From Planctomycetota bacterium (lineage in GTDB: Bacteria > Planctomycetota > B15-G4): a DNA stretch of 64,000 nt. Positions within the stretch are counted from its first letter, which is position 1; every line of letters starts with the position of its first letter. The notes below the pieces were generated by a model. It made no database searches. It was not told the DNA's origin and saw only the letters and a list, made by a program, of their open reading frames with translations. Shown piece after piece: positions 39,575-49,837 of this stretch. The stretch lies in contig CBDFJQ010000002.1 of NCBI GenBank assembly GCA_965248575.1, forward strand, positions 1,280,001 through 1,344,000, written 5' to 3'. The position numbers were made by a program, and so were the translations under genes.

Positions 39575-41052
39575 GATCGATCCTCCTTTCCATCTGCGGG
39601 GGAAGGCGTGAAGGGCTCCGCAGCGAACAACTCCTGCAGCGCGCGGACCAGGCGCTGCTCATCCCCCACCACGAGCGCAGCCACATCCAAGCGTAGATGC
39701 CCTTGCCAGACCTTGGCAAACACCGGCGTGCTCAACATGCGCAAGCGTGTTGCCAGGCCCTCAGCATCGAGCGCAGGGTCCTGCATCTGGAGCTCCAGGG
39801 CGGACGACTTCAGCGGCTTCGCCGGCAGGGATCCAGAGCCCGCGAAGGCCTCGCTCTCGACCACCTTGATGGCCAGCGCTGGGAAGGCCTGGGTGAGCGC
39901 GGCCTTCAGCGTGCGTGCCCGCTCGAGACGTTGGGCAGGGGATGCCGACAAGGCAGCCAACACGGGCACGTCGCCGGGAGCCTCTCGATGCAGTCGCAAG
40001 GTCGCGCCCAAGGCCGCCAGCGCCAGGCGGTCTGGCCGCAAGGCCCGGAAGAGCGGATGACTGCGACAGCGTTCGATCAAGTCCTTGCGGCCGACGAGGA
40101 TGCCCGCCTGGGGGCCTCCCAAGAGCTTGTCGCCACTGAAGCACACCAGATCGACGCCCTTCGCCAAGGCGGTCTGGGCATCGGGTTCGCCTGCCAGCTC
40201 ACCCTCTGCAGGGCGTAGGAGGCCAGATCCGATGTCCTCCAGCACAGGAACAGCACACTCATGGGCCACGGACACCAGTTCGCCGATCTCAGGCTGATGG
40301 GCAAAGCCCACCACCCGGAAGTTGCTCGTGTGCATCACCAGCACGAGACCCGTCTCCCAGCGCAGCGCTTCCTTGTAGTCCCGGGTGTAGGTGCGGTTTG
40401 TCGTGCCCACCTCCACCAGCTTCGCGCCCGTCTGCTGGAGCAGGTCCGGAATGCGGAAGCCGCCACCGATCTCGATCAGCTGTCCGCGTGAGACGATCAC
40501 GTCCCGGTCCGTGGCGAGCGCCGACAAGGCCAAGACCATCGCGCCGGCGTTGTTGTTGACGACCGTGGCCGACTCTGCCCCCGTCAGAGCCGTCAGGTCC
40601 TCCAGCAAGCGGCTCTCACGGTCCTTGCGGTCCCCCGTAACCGGGTCGACCTCCAACAGGGAATAGCCGTCTGCGATGCCTTGCAGGGCCTCCACCGCCG
40701 GCTGCGCCAAGGGAGCCCGCCCCAGACCCGTGTGCAGCACGACCCCCGTCGCATTCACCACGCGCGGGTAGGTCTCACAGGCCCATTGGGAAAGTCTCTG
40801 TGACGCGAGTGATGCCACCCCCGCGGCATCGGGCAGCTGGGTTGCATCCTCGATCTCGCCGGCCTGGACCGCGCGACGCAACTCATCCAGGCTGGCCCGC
40901 ACAGCGGCCGCCCCCCCGGGTCTGGCTTTCAAGAGCGACAGCACGGCATCCACGGAGGGCAGCGCTCGGAGCAGACCTGATGAGTCCGTGAGGGCGGCAG
41001 GGGCATCAGGGGCCGGCGGTGTGGGAGAGCCGTCTTTGCTGGAACGAGTCAT
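39571..41052 (-). CDS. selA: L-seryl-tRNA(Sec) selenium transferase SelA
   Basis: LRALPSVD, VVNATGVVLHTGLGRA, VNNNAGA, SRGQLIEIGGGFRIPD, EVGTTNRT, FSGDKLLGGPQAG. Confidence 0.97.
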   Translation of the reverse strand: MTRSSKDGSPTPPAPDAPAALTDSSGLLRALPSVDAVLSLLKARPGGAAAVRASLDELRRAVQAGEIEDATQLPDAAGVASLASQRLSQWACETYPRVVNATGVVLHTGLGRAPLAQPAVEALQGIADGYSLLEVDPVTGDRKDRESRLLEDLTALTGAESATVVNNNAGAMVLALSALATDRDVIVSRGQLIEIGGGFRIPDLLQQTGAKLVEVGTTNRTYTRDYKEALRWETGLVLVMHTSNFRVVGFAHQPEIGELVSVAHECAVPVLEDIGSGLLRPAEGELAGEPDAQTALAKGVDLVCFSGDKLLGGPQAGILVGRKDLIERCRSHPLFRALRPDRLALAALGATLRLHREAPGDVPVLAALSASPAQRLERARTLKAALTQAFPALAIKVVESEAFAGSGSLPAKPLKSSALELQMQDPALDAEGLATRLRMLSTPVFAKVWQGHLRLDVAALVVGDEQRLVRALQELFAAEPFTPSPADGKEDRS

Positions 41053-41115
41053 CGCGACATTCTACCCGTTAGGATGCTGGGCATTCGTCCCCGAGCCACA
41101 GATCGAGAATCCTTC

Positions 41116-42861
41116 GTGACCAGCAGCTCCTCCGAAGCCACCCGCAGCTGGCAGCCCCATGACACGGACCCCGGAGCCGTGCGCCGCCTGGCCAGCGAGA
41201 TGGGGATCGAACCCTTGCTGGCCACGATCCTCGTAAATCGCGACCTGACAACACCTGCAGAGGCTGCGGCCTTCCTACAGCCCTCCGTAGACGATCTGAT
41301 CGACCCCTTCCTGCTCGCTGACATGGATCGGGCCGCCGAACGGGTGGCCAAGGCCATCACCGATCATGAGCGGATCCTCGTCTATGGCGACGCGGATGTT
41401 GACGGCCTGACGTCCACGGGCCTGTTGGTGCAGTACCTGCGCATGCTCTCCATCGAACCTCTGGTCTACGTCCCCAACCGGGCTTATGAGGGCTACTCCT
41501 TCACACCGGCCGGCGTGGAGCATGTCCTGCAATCGGGGGCCCAACTCGTCGTGTCCGTGGACAACGGCACCTCGAGCGTCGAGGCCGTGGGTCGGATTCA
41601 GTCTGCCGGCATCGACGTCATCATCACCGACCACCACATGCCTGCCGAGACCCTGCCACCCGCCTACGCCTTGGTGAACCCCAAGCGCGCGGACTGTCGC
41701 TACCCCTTCAAGGGGCTGGCAGGGGTCGGCGTGGCCTTCAAGCTGGCGTGCGCCGTGTCGAGCAAGCTGCACCGGCGGATCCAATTGTCGGAGTCCATGA
41801 GCCGCTTTCTGGGCGAGTCCCTGGCGTGGGTGTGCATGGGCACCGTGTCCGACATGATGCCCTTGCGCGGCGAGAACAGGGTGCTCGTCTCTCGCGGGCT
41901 GCGGGCCTTGCCGCGTAGCAGCAGCCCGGGGCTCACCGCCCTATGCCGCGTGGCCGGCTTGGGCGTGGGCGCCGACTGCCGCGCCGAAGACATCGCCTTC
42001 AAGCTCGCACCACGCCTGAACGCCGCCACCCGCATGGGGCGCAGCGATCTTTCGGTATCCCTGGTCACCGCGTCCGACAACCAGGACGCCAAGCGGCTCG
42101 CCGACCTGCTCGACGAAGCCAACCGCAACCGGCAGGCCGCCGAGCGGGAACTCATGGAAGAGCTTCTGCCACTTGTTGACCAATCCCCGGCAGGCGAGCC
42201 CGTCGTGCTCTTCAACGAGGGTTGGAATGTGGGCTTGATGGGTCTCGTGGCTGGGCGCGTGGCGCGCGAGAAAGGTGTGCCCGCCGTGCTCATCTCCTCG
42301 GCCAAGGGCGACCCTGCCAAGGGAAGCTGCCGCTCCCTCCCGGGCTTCAATGCCCACGCTGCCTTGGAGGCCTGCCAGCAGTACCTGGTGACCTTCGGCG
42401 GCCACCCTGGCGCAGCCGGCTTCTCGATCGAGACGAGCCAGGTGGACGATTTCCGTAGCGCCTTTCTCGAGCAATGGCAGCTCCAGAACAGCGCCGGTAG
42501 CGAACCCATCTGCCACCGCTTCGAAGGAGAAATCCCGCTGGCGGGGCTGACGCACAAACTTGTCTCGGCCTTCGATGACCTCGAGCCCTTCGGCAAGGAG
42601 AACGAGCGCCCTGTCCTGGCCACAGGTGGCGTCACTGTCCGGGAAACCCGCCGCATGGGAGGCGATGGCCAGCACCTCGCACTGACCGTCGGCCAGGGCG
42701 ACATCGTGATGCGTGCAGTGGCGTTCAGCCGTGGACATTGGGCCGATCGCTTGCCGGTGGGGCTCCCCGTCGACCTCCTGCACAGCCCCAAGTTCAATCA
42801 CTTCCGCGGTCGCACCACCGTCGAGCTGGAACTCATCGACGTGCGCCCCGCCCAGGCCTAG
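41116..42861 (+). CDS. recJ: single-stranded-DNA-specific exonuclease RecJ
   Basis: YGDADVDG, EGY, VDNG, TDHH, LAGVGVAFKL, APRLNA, GGH..AAG, LEPFG..N. Confidence 0.96.
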   Translation: MTSSSSEATRSWQPHDTDPGAVRRLASEMGIEPLLATILVNRDLTTPAEAAAFLQPSVDDLIDPFLLADMDRAAERVAKAITDHERILVYGDADVDGLTSTGLLVQYLRMLSIEPLVYVPNRAYEGYSFTPAGVEHVLQSGAQLVVSVDNGTSSVEAVGRIQSAGIDVIITDHHMPAETLPPAYALVNPKRADCRYPFKGLAGVGVAFKLACAVSSKLHRRIQLSESMSRFLGESLAWVCMGTVSDMMPLRGENRVLVSRGLRALPRSSSPGLTALCRVAGLGVGADCRAEDIAFKLAPRLNAATRMGRSDLSVSLVTASDNQDAKRLADLLDEANRNRQAAERELMEELLPLVDQSPAGEPVVLFNEGWNVGLMGLVAGRVAREKGVPAVLISSAKGDPAKGSCRSLPGFNAHAALEACQQYLVTFGGHPGAAGFSIETSQVDDFRSAFLEQWQLQNSAGSEPICHRFEGEIPLAGLTHKLVSAFDDLEPFGKENERPVLATGGVTVRETRRMGGDGQHLALTVGQGDIVMRAVAFSRGHWADRLPVGLPVDLLHSPKFNHFRGRTTVELELIDVRPAQA

Positions 42862-42868
42862 CGCGCCC

Positions 42869-43756
42869 TTGCAAGACCCTGAACAGCTGCCCTTGCTCAA
42901 GGCCCGGCGAAGAGCCGAGCTGGAAGAGGCCGCCCTGGTCCTGCGGGCTGTGGGTATCCCCCACAGCTTCGCCACGCTGGATGGCTCCGCAGCTCTCATA
43001 GTCAGCGCTCCGGACGCACCAGCCGCACGCCATGAACTGGAGCGCTACGCCCTCGAGAACCCCATCAGCCCGAACCCCAAGCCGGGGGAACCAGCGCGAA
43101 CGCTGCAAGCCGCATGGCCTGGCATGCTCAGCTACGCCGTCGTGCTGATCGGGGTGTTCGTCGCTCAGCACGGCAGTCTCACCAGCACCGTCGGCGAGCA
43201 AGGTCGCATGGATGCCGACCGCTTCCTGGCCGGGCAATGGTGGCGCAGCCTGACCGCCTTGTGCCTGCACATCGATGTGCCCCATCTCGCTGGGAACCTC
43301 GTCTTTGGTGCCGCCTTCGGGGCGCTGCTGAGCCAGCTGCTGGGCAACGGCCTGGCCTGGGGCGCCATCCTCCTGGCAGGCGCACTCGGCAACACGCTGG
43401 ACGCCTGGATCCAGCCCACCGGGCACTTGTCCTTGGGCGCCTCGACGGCCGTCTTCTCAGCGCTCGGCCTGCTGACGTCCGTCTCGTTGCGACTGCGCGC
43501 CTTGCTGCGGGACGGTCCGTTGCGCCGCTGGGCACCCTTGGTGATGGGCATCGCGCTGCTGGGCTTCCTCGGCACAGGCGGCACACGCACCAATGTCCTG
43601 GCACATGCCTTGGGCTTCGGCGCGGGCCTGGCGCTGGGTGCGCTGCTGGCACCCACGGTGAAGGAGCGCGCCCCGGGGTCGCGTGTCCAATGGCTTGCCG
43701 CCCTGGGGAGCGCCGCTCTCCTGGCCTGGGCTTGGACCCTCGCCATTAGCACCTGA
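42869..43756 (+). CDS. rhomboid family intramembrane serine protease with an N-terminal soluble domain
   Basis: QWWR, H....HLAGN, catalytic GASTAVF, AH..GF. TTG start at 42869 is inferred. Confidence 0.9.
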   Translation: MQDPEQLPLLKARRRAELEEAALVLRAVGIPHSFATLDGSAALIVSAPDAPAARHELERYALENPISPNPKPGEPARTLQAAWPGMLSYAVVLIGVFVAQHGSLTSTVGEQGRMDADRFLAGQWWRSLTALCLHIDVPHLAGNLVFGAAFGALLSQLLGNGLAWGAILLAGALGNTLDAWIQPTGHLSLGASTAVFSALGLLTSVSLRLRALLRDGPLRRWAPLVMGIALLGFLGTGGTRTNVLAHALGFGAGLALGALLAPTVKERAPGSRVQWLAALGSAALLAWAWTLAIST

Positions 43757-43821
43757 GCCCAAAGGTCACCGCTCCCTGACCGGCCCTGACCGGCGCTGAC
43801 CAGCCCCCCCACGCAGCCACG

Positions 43822-43860
43822 CAAAGAGCCCGGCCGAATCTCATCCGGCCGGGCTCTTTG
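43822..43860. terminator. probable bidirectional terminator between the rhomboid gene and nrdJb
   Basis: CAAAGAGCCCGGCCG / CGGCCGGGCTCTTTG, a perfect 15-bp inverted repeat between convergent genes. Confidence 0.85.
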
Positions 43861-43916
43861 ATTTGGATCTGAACGCCGCCGCTGCTCGTTTCAGGAAACG
43901 GCACCGACGAGAAGCA

Positions 43917-45086
43917 TCAGCCGCATTCCGTGAAGCCGCAGGAGTGGCACTTCACGCAACCCTCTTCGAAGGAGAGCTGGCTGCCACAGTCGACGCACGC
44001 ACCCTGCACGCGGTGGATTTCCTGGCTGCCCTTGTTGCCGTGTCCGCCTTTGGACTCCACGGCCGCACTGCGCAACTCGGCACCGGGTTCCACCCAGCGC
44101 TCAGCGACCACATCGCTGGCACCTGTCAGGGCAGCGTCGAAAGACACATCACCGGCGAGATCCGCGCTCAGGCTTTCGCGGACGACGGACGGAGAGTCCA
44201 AGCCTGCAACACTGCCTTGGACATTTCCGGGGCCGTTGCCAGCAGCGCTCAACTGGCGGCTTTCTTCGCGCAACTCACGCGTGTGGTGATAGGTCTCGAG
44301 GGCCTTGCCGATGGCGTCCGAGCAGGAGCTGATCTTGCCCCCCTCGCCCCACGCGGGCCGGTGGCAGCTGATGCCCTTGAGCTGCTTGATCAAGGGGTCC
44401 AACTTGGCACCGCAACGCAACGCGTAGCTGATCAAACGGCCAATGGCTTCATTCTGGGAGGCCGCGCAGCCGCCCGCCTTGCCCATGTGATTGAACAGCT
44501 CGAACGGCTTGCCGTCCTCGGACTCGTTGACCGTGACATAGAGATGGCCACAACCCGTGTTCATGCGGACCGTGTTGCCAACCGTCACCTGAGGGCGCGA
44601 GCGAGGCGCCAGCCCTTCCCCCTCGGACATGATGCCGCCCGCCGGAACGACCGACATCTCCTCGGTCGTCGCGGTGGCTGGCAACTTCGTCAGCTGCAAG
44701 ATCACCTGCGGATCACCGAGCTTCGGAGCCACGGTGGCAGCGTAGAAGCGGTCGAGCCCGCCGTCGAGCTTGGCGCCGACCTCGCCGCAGTCTTCCTCCT
44801 GCAGGAAGCGGCGGGTCGCATCATGGCGTTCGCAGGCCGCGACCAGCGCGCGCACTGCCGCCTCTTCGCCTGCCTTGACCGCATCCCAGTCGATGCCGCG
44901 GTATCCCAAGACCACGGAAGTGGCTCGCTCTTGGGCCTCCGCCACGATCGAAGCCGCCACTGTTGCAGCTTCCGCCACCTCAACCTCCTGGCCGGATCCC
45001 TGCTCCTCCGTCGGCGCCGCGGCACCGTTCGGCTTGGCCGCCTTGTCCGCCCCCTGCTTCGCATGCGTCTTCTGTTGCTTCACCAT
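43917..45086 (-). CDS. class II ribonucleotide reductase C-terminal subunit (NrdJb-like, TSCPD domain + Zn ribbon)
   Basis: TGCGHLYVTVN, PFELF...GKAGG, EAIGRLIS, SSCSDAIG, C-terminal CVDCG...EEGCVKCHSCGFTECG. Confidence 0.88.
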   Translation of the reverse strand: MVKQQKTHAKQGADKAAKPNGAAAPTEEQGSGQEVEVAEAATVAASIVAEAQERATSVVLGYRGIDWDAVKAGEEAAVRALVAACERHDATRRFLQEEDCGEVGAKLDGGLDRFYAATVAPKLGDPQVILQLTKLPATATTEEMSVVPAGGIMSEGEGLAPRSRPQVTVGNTVRMNTGCGHLYVTVNESEDGKPFELFNHMGKAGGCAASQNEAIGRLISYALRCGAKLDPLIKQLKGISCHRPAWGEGGKISSCSDAIGKALETYHHTRELREESRQLSAAGNGPGNVQGSVAGLDSPSVVRESLSADLAGDVSFDAALTGASDVVAERWVEPGAELRSAAVESKGGHGNKGSQEIHRVQGACVDCGSQLSFEEGCVKCHSCGFTECG

Positions 45087-45311
45087 GTGTCGCTTTCCCT
45101 CTCGCTCGTGATCCCTGTCGTCTCGTGCCCAGCCGGCGTGCCGTTCCGGTCCAATGTCCTGCACCTCTGTCCTGCACCTCCCACCTCCGGCCCCTCGGAC
45201 ACCGAACCCGGCCCCACTTGATCTTTGGTGGGAGCCGGGTTCGGCCTCGGTCCTGCTGAGCTGACCGTGTCAACGCCCAAGCCCACTCACATGTGGCCTC
45301 AGATCGGCCGA

Positions 45312-47279
45312 TCAGCCGTCCATGAGCATGTCGAGGATTTCCTCCTGCTCGCGCGCCTCATCCGTCTCGGCGCTCGCGGAAGGCGCAGCATCCTGCGACT
45401 TGGACGACTTGCTGTCCAGAGCCATGGGCTGGTTCTGGCGACTTCCGTCACGGTACACGGTGATGCCCTTGCAGCCCGTGTCGAAGGCCAGCAAGTAGGC
45501 CGTTTCGACGTCCTTCTTCGTGGCTTCTGGCGGGAAGTTGATGGTCTTGCTCACGGCCGCGTCCGTGAATTCCTGCCAAGCAGCCTGCATCTTCACGTGC
45601 CATTCCGGCCCCACGTCACGCGCGGAGCGGAAAACGCGACGGATTTCCGACGAGAGCTCCACCGGGCAGCCCTCGATGGTGCCGCGCTCGCATGCATATT
45701 CGGACACCGTTTCGACCTGCTCCTCCGTCAACCCCTCGGCCTTGAGTGCCTCCAAGAAGATGGGGTTGGCTTCGAACATGATCTGGGCAACGCCCTCGGA
45801 GTCGCGCATCACCTGCCGCTTGAACACCAAGCTGAAGATGGGCTCGATGCCGCCGGAGCAGCCCGCGATGATGGAGATGGTTCCCGTCGGAGCGATGGTC
45901 ACGCAGTGAGCGTTGCGCATCTTGCGGCCGAGCACCTTGTCCCAGCGGGAGCCCTTCCAGTGCGTGAAGACACCCTTCTCTTCGGCGAGTCGCGTGTCTT
46001 CGTCCCAGGCCTCTTCGCGGATGAAGCTGCCCACCCTGCGGGCAAGCGCCAGTGCGTCCTCACCGTCGTAGCGGACACCCAGCATGAACAGTAGATCCGC
46101 CCAACCCATGACGCCCAGGCCGATCTTGCGATTGGCCCGGCACATCTCATCGATCTCGGGAGTGGGGTAGTTGTTCGCCTCCACCACGTCGTCGAGGAAG
46201 CGCACAGCCGTGCGCACGGTGCTGCCCATGTCGTCCCAGTCGATCCGGTCCTCCAGGGGCGCCGTGTCCGCCACGTCGGCCTTGAAGAAGCCAGCGAGGT
46301 TGAGGCTGCCCAGGTTGCAGGCCTCGTAGGGCAACAGCGGCTGCTCGCCACAGGGGTTGGTGGACGTCATGGGGCCGACGTTGGGCGTCGGGTTCACCTC
46401 GTTGATCCGATCCAGGAAGATCAGACCCGGCTCACCGCTGGCCCATGCCTTGCCCACGATCAGCTCGAAGACGTCGCCGGCCGTCCAGTAGTCCGCGGCT
46501 TCGACCGCTGCCTCACCCGAATCGAAGGCTTCGTAGTCCACCATGTCGTCCTCACGGCACACGAAACCACGGCGGCCGTCGTGCGGGTTGACCACCACAT
46601 GCAGAGCACCCCGATCGCTCTTGATCTGCTCCATGAAGCTGTCGGGAACGGTGCAGGACAGGTTGTAGTTCGTGACCTGGGTGAGGTCTTCCTTCAAGCG
46701 GATGAAGGAGAGGATGTCCGGATGGTCGAGCCGCATGGTGCCCATGTTGGCGCCGCGACGGAACGCGCCCTGCTGGATGGCATCCGTCACCGAGGAGAGC
46801 ATGCGCAGGAACGAGAGCGGGCCATCGGTGGTCCCACCCGAACTCTGCACGATGGATCCACGGGGGCGTAGCTTGCTCAGATCGATGCCCGTACCGCCGC
46901 CGGCGCGTTGCACCAGCGCGATCTGGCGTGCGGTCTCCATGATGTCGGCGATGGAGTCCTCCAGGGGCAGCACGAAACAGGCGCTGAGCATGCCGAGCGG
47001 CCGTCCGGCGTTCATCAGGGTGGGCGAGTTCGGAATGAACTTCCGCGACCACATCATGTCGAAGAAGGAACTCTTCCAGGCGGCCGGGTCCTTCTCGGCC
47101 TTGGCGACCGCGGTGGCCACCCGCTCAAAGAGCTGCACGGGGGTTTCATCGATGACACCCGTGGCGTCCTTCTTCAGATACCGGTTCTCGAGCACCCGGA
47201 GAGCATTCTCCGTGAAAGCGCCGGTGGCGCCGCCGTCCTTTGAACTGCCCGAATCACCTTCCAAACCTTTGCTCACCAA
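45312..47279 (-). CDS. nrdJ: adenosylcobalamin-dependent (class II) ribonucleotide reductase catalytic subunit (NrdJa-like)
   Basis: PNSPTLMNAG, LSACFV, GGGTG, RRGANMG, TNPCGEQPL, CNLGSLNL, TIAPTGT, SKTIN, KGITVYRDGSR. GGAGGG RBS before TTG 47279. Confidence 0.95.
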   Translation of the reverse strand: MVSKGLEGDSGSSKDGGATGAFTENALRVLENRYLKKDATGVIDETPVQLFERVATAVAKAEKDPAAWKSSFFDMMWSRKFIPNSPTLMNAGRPLGMLSACFVLPLEDSIADIMETARQIALVQRAGGGTGIDLSKLRPRGSIVQSSGGTTDGPLSFLRMLSSVTDAIQQGAFRRGANMGTMRLDHPDILSFIRLKEDLTQVTNYNLSCTVPDSFMEQIKSDRGALHVVVNPHDGRRGFVCREDDMVDYEAFDSGEAAVEAADYWTAGDVFELIVGKAWASGEPGLIFLDRINEVNPTPNVGPMTSTNPCGEQPLLPYEACNLGSLNLAGFFKADVADTAPLEDRIDWDDMGSTVRTAVRFLDDVVEANNYPTPEIDEMCRANRKIGLGVMGWADLLFMLGVRYDGEDALALARRVGSFIREEAWDEDTRLAEEKGVFTHWKGSRWDKVLGRKMRNAHCVTIAPTGTISIIAGCSGGIEPIFSLVFKRQVMRDSEGVAQIMFEANPIFLEALKAEGLTEEQVETVSEYACERGTIEGCPVELSSEIRRVFRSARDVGPEWHVKMQAAWQEFTDAAVSKTINFPPEATKKDVETAYLLAFDTGCKGITVYRDGSRQNQPMALDSKSSKSQDAAPSASAETDEAREQEEILDMLMDG

Positions 47280-47299
47280 GACACACCCTCCCCTGCGAG

Positions 47300-47402
47300 A
47301 GACTACAATTTGCGTAGAAGACCAACCGCCAATATGTACTGAAAGCAGCCCCGAAGCCCCGTCTATGGGGCTACGCGGCCGAAGAGACCCAACATATAGT
47401 GG
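47300..47402. promoter_or_regulatory. NrdR boxes upstream of nrdJ
   Basis: ACCCAACATATAGTGG (47387-47402) and AGACTACAATTTGCGT (47300-47315) match acaCwAtATaTwGtgt. A weaker third site lies at about 47327-47342. Confidence 0.75.
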
Positions 47403-47547
47403 GTGCGTCTCAGCTCCAAGAGGCTTCCCCAGATTCTTCACCGGGGCGTCACAGCCCCTGTAAATTCCCTGTCAAGCGCTTCCCGGAGCCTCCCTTCGGC
47501 CCCCCTCGACGGCTCATGTCGCGACGTCTGGAAGGCCCTCGCTGAGC

Positions 47548-48474
47548 TCAGTCAGCCCCAGGCAAACCACCATCGAATGGGCCCCACCACTCCACTTCCA
47601 GGGGCAGCTCCACGCCGCTCTGCTCTCGGACTGCAGCCTGCACCCGCAGGACCAGCTGGCGCACGTCTTCCGCCGAAGCCCCGCCCGTGTTCACGATGAA
47701 ATTTGCGTGATCCAGCGAAACCTGCGCCGCACCGACCCGCTCTCCCTTGCAGCCCGCACCGTCGATGAGCTGCCCGCTGGAGGTTCCCGCAGGGTTCTGG
47801 AACATGCAGCCCGCGGTCGGCGAGCTCAGGGGTTGCGACTCGGCCTTGGCACGCAAGATGGTTCGCATGCGCTCGAAGATCGACAGCTTGTCGTCCGGGC
47901 AGAGCTGAAGCACGGCATCGAGAATGACGCTGCCCTTGAAGCGTGAGCTCCGGTAGCTGAAGTCCTCCGCCGTACAGGCCACCACCCGCACCTCACCGTC
48001 TGCATCGACCAGCGTGACCTCGCTCAGCAGGTCGCCCACGGCAATCTGGTGTCCACCAGCGTTGCCGGCTACCGCACCACCGACGGTGCCTGGAATGCCG
48101 ATCAGTCCTTCAGCACCGGCCAGGCCCATGTCGTGTGCCACGCTCACCAGTCGCGCCAACGTCGCTCCCGCCTCGCAACGCAAGGCGTGCTCCTGGGTGC
48201 CGTGGTGGTAGATGTTCTTCATCTGGCGGGTGTGAATCACCACCTCATCCAAGCCCGCATCGCTCACCACGAGGTTGCTGCCGTGGCCGAGCATTCGGAA
48301 CGGGAGACCCGCCGCCGACAGTTCCTTCACCGCAAGGATCAGCTCCTCCCGGCGCCGAGGTTCGATCACCCAGGCTGCAGGGCCGCCCACACCCAACGTG
48401 GTGCGGGGACCCAGGGCTTCGTGTCTATGAACGAGCAGCTCGTCCAGCAAGACGTCGGGCAAGTCCATCGACAT
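47548..48474 (-). CDS. murB: UDP-N-acetylenolpyruvoylglucosamine reductase
   Basis: TTLGVGGPA, LG.GSNL, GIPGTVGGA..GNAG, FSYRSS, AGCMF.NP, HANFIVN. Overlaps the murC 3' end by about 50 nt. Confidence 0.95.
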   Translation of the reverse strand: MSMDLPDVLLDELLVHRHEALGPRTTLGVGGPAAWVIEPRRREELILAVKELSAAGLPFRMLGHGSNLVVSDAGLDEVVIHTRQMKNIYHHGTQEHALRCEAGATLARLVSVAHDMGLAGAEGLIGIPGTVGGAVAGNAGGHQIAVGDLLSEVTLVDADGEVRVVACTAEDFSYRSSRFKGSVILDAVLQLCPDDKLSIFERMRTILRAKAESQPLSSPTAGCMFQNPAGTSSGQLIDGAGCKGERVGAAQVSLDHANFIVNTGGASAEDVRQLVLRVQAAVREQSGVELPLEVEWWGPFDGGLPGAD

Positions 48475-49837
48475 CACCAGCTCCCATCACGACGCAGGCA
48501 TCACCGGGGCGCAACAGGCTCGCCACGCGCTCGTCAGCGAGCGGTGCGGGCCCTACCCGACAGACTCGACCTCCTGAATCCGCCGCGAGTGCATCACACA
48601 GGTCGTGCGCGCGTTCTGGATGCGCATCTCGCGCCACGAAGATATCGCACAAGGCCACGTGGTCGAAAGCCCGGAGGGCGATGCGGAACGCGTCGAGAAA
48701 GTCGGCTGTCCTGCTGACCTGATGCGGCTGGAAGACGCCGACGAGCCGTCGACCGGGAAAGCGGGCTCGCATCGCCCTGGCCGCAGCGACCAAGGCCTCC
48801 GGATGGTGTGCGAAATCATCCACCACACGCACCCCCCGCTGCCCTTCGTCGATCCCGAATCCGGAACACTCGCCCAGATCCTCCAGCCGCCGTTCCACGC
48901 CGTGGAAGTTCGCGGCAGACGGCACGAGTTCGGAGAGCGGGACCCCCGTCGAGGAAGCGGCAACCAGCGCGCTTCGCAAGTGGTCCACGTTATGACGCCC
49001 CAGCACCGGGAACCGGAAGGGGTGCTCCTCGCGCCCGTCCCAGAGCACTCCCTCATAGCCGGCGGGGCCCTCTTCAAGGGAGCGCAGCTGGAGGGCCTCC
49101 GACACGCGCGTCACGCGCCCCCTGCATTCAGCACCAGGATCCCACGACCCTGGGACGTCGGGCCCGAGAACAAGCTGTCCCTCGGGGCCCTGCCCGGCGG
49201 CGAACTGGGCAAAGGCGCGCTGCACACCGAGTTCATCGCCGAAGCAGTCGAGGTGGTCCGCAGAGATCCCAGTGATGATCGCCACTTCGTACGTCAGGTT
49301 GAGAAAGGAATGGTCGTACTCGCAGGCTTCCACGCAGAGCAGATCCGAGTCACCCGAGCACCATGCGGCCGCATCCACGGGCCGCCCTCCCACGATCCAT
49401 GAGGGATCGCGTCCAGCCCCACGCAGCAGGTGGGACAGCAGCGCCGTGGCGCTCGTCTTGCCATGAGTCCCTGCGACTGCAAGCCCACGCTGTCCGTGCA
49501 TCAGCCGTCCGAGGGCTTCGCTGTACTTCACGATCGGGATGCCCTGTGCAACAGCCGCTGCCAACTCAGGGTCATCCAGGGGAACCGCCGCCGAGCGAAT
49601 GACCAGCTCGACGCCCGCGGTGCGGTCGATGGCTGAACCAGCCGCCGATCTCACCCCTTCCTTTGCCAACTCCTCCCGGAGCTGGGTGCGATCCGAGCCA
49701 CTGACGTCGTGGCCCCGCGCTGCAAGCAGACAGGCCAGAGGGAGCAACCCGCCTCCATTGACCCCAACGCAGTGGATCCGTCCTGGAAGGCCGTCCATTC
49801 GCAGCGCTGAAGTGGGTCGCGCGTCCGTCGTCGTCAT
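48425..49837 (-). CDS. murC: UDP-N-acetylmuramate--L-alanine ligase
   Basis: IH.VGVNG.G, VSGSD, AGTHGKTS, EACEYD.SFL, DDFAHHP, FQPH, MGAGD. Confidence 0.95.
   Translation of the reverse strand: MTTTDARPTSALRMDGLPGRIHCVGVNGGGLLPLACLLAARGHDVSGSDRTQLREELAKEGVRSAAGSAIDRTAGVELVIRSAAVPLDDPELAAAVAQGIPIVKYSEALGRLMHGQRGLAVAGTHGKTSATALLSHLLRGAGRDPSWIVGGRPVDAAAWCSGDSDLLCVEACEYDHSFLNLTYEVAIITGISADHLDCFGDELGVQRAFAQFAAGQGPEGQLVLGPDVPGSWDPGAECRGRVTRVSEALQLRSLEEGPAGYEGVLWDGREEHPFRFPVLGRHNVDHLRSALVAASSTGVPLSELVPSAANFHGVERRLEDLGECSGFGIDEGQRGVRVVDDFAHHPEALVAAARAMRARFPGRRLVGVFQPHQVSRTADFLDAFRIALRAFDHVALCDIFVARDAHPERAHDLCDALAADSGGRVCRVGPAPLADERVASLLRPGDACVVMGAGDVDGLARRLAGRAARS

Noticed and set aside
47462..47475. 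Perfect TTGACA on the minus strand upstream of nrdJ
   Set aside because: No convincing -10 hexamer at 16-18 bp spacing, so no promoter call was made.
45087..47547. Cobalamin riboswitch or intein/intron associated with nrdJ
   Set aside because: No B12-box motifs seen. The short insertion in NrdJa lacks intein splice residues, and the inter-gene gap lacks group I/II intron hallmarks.
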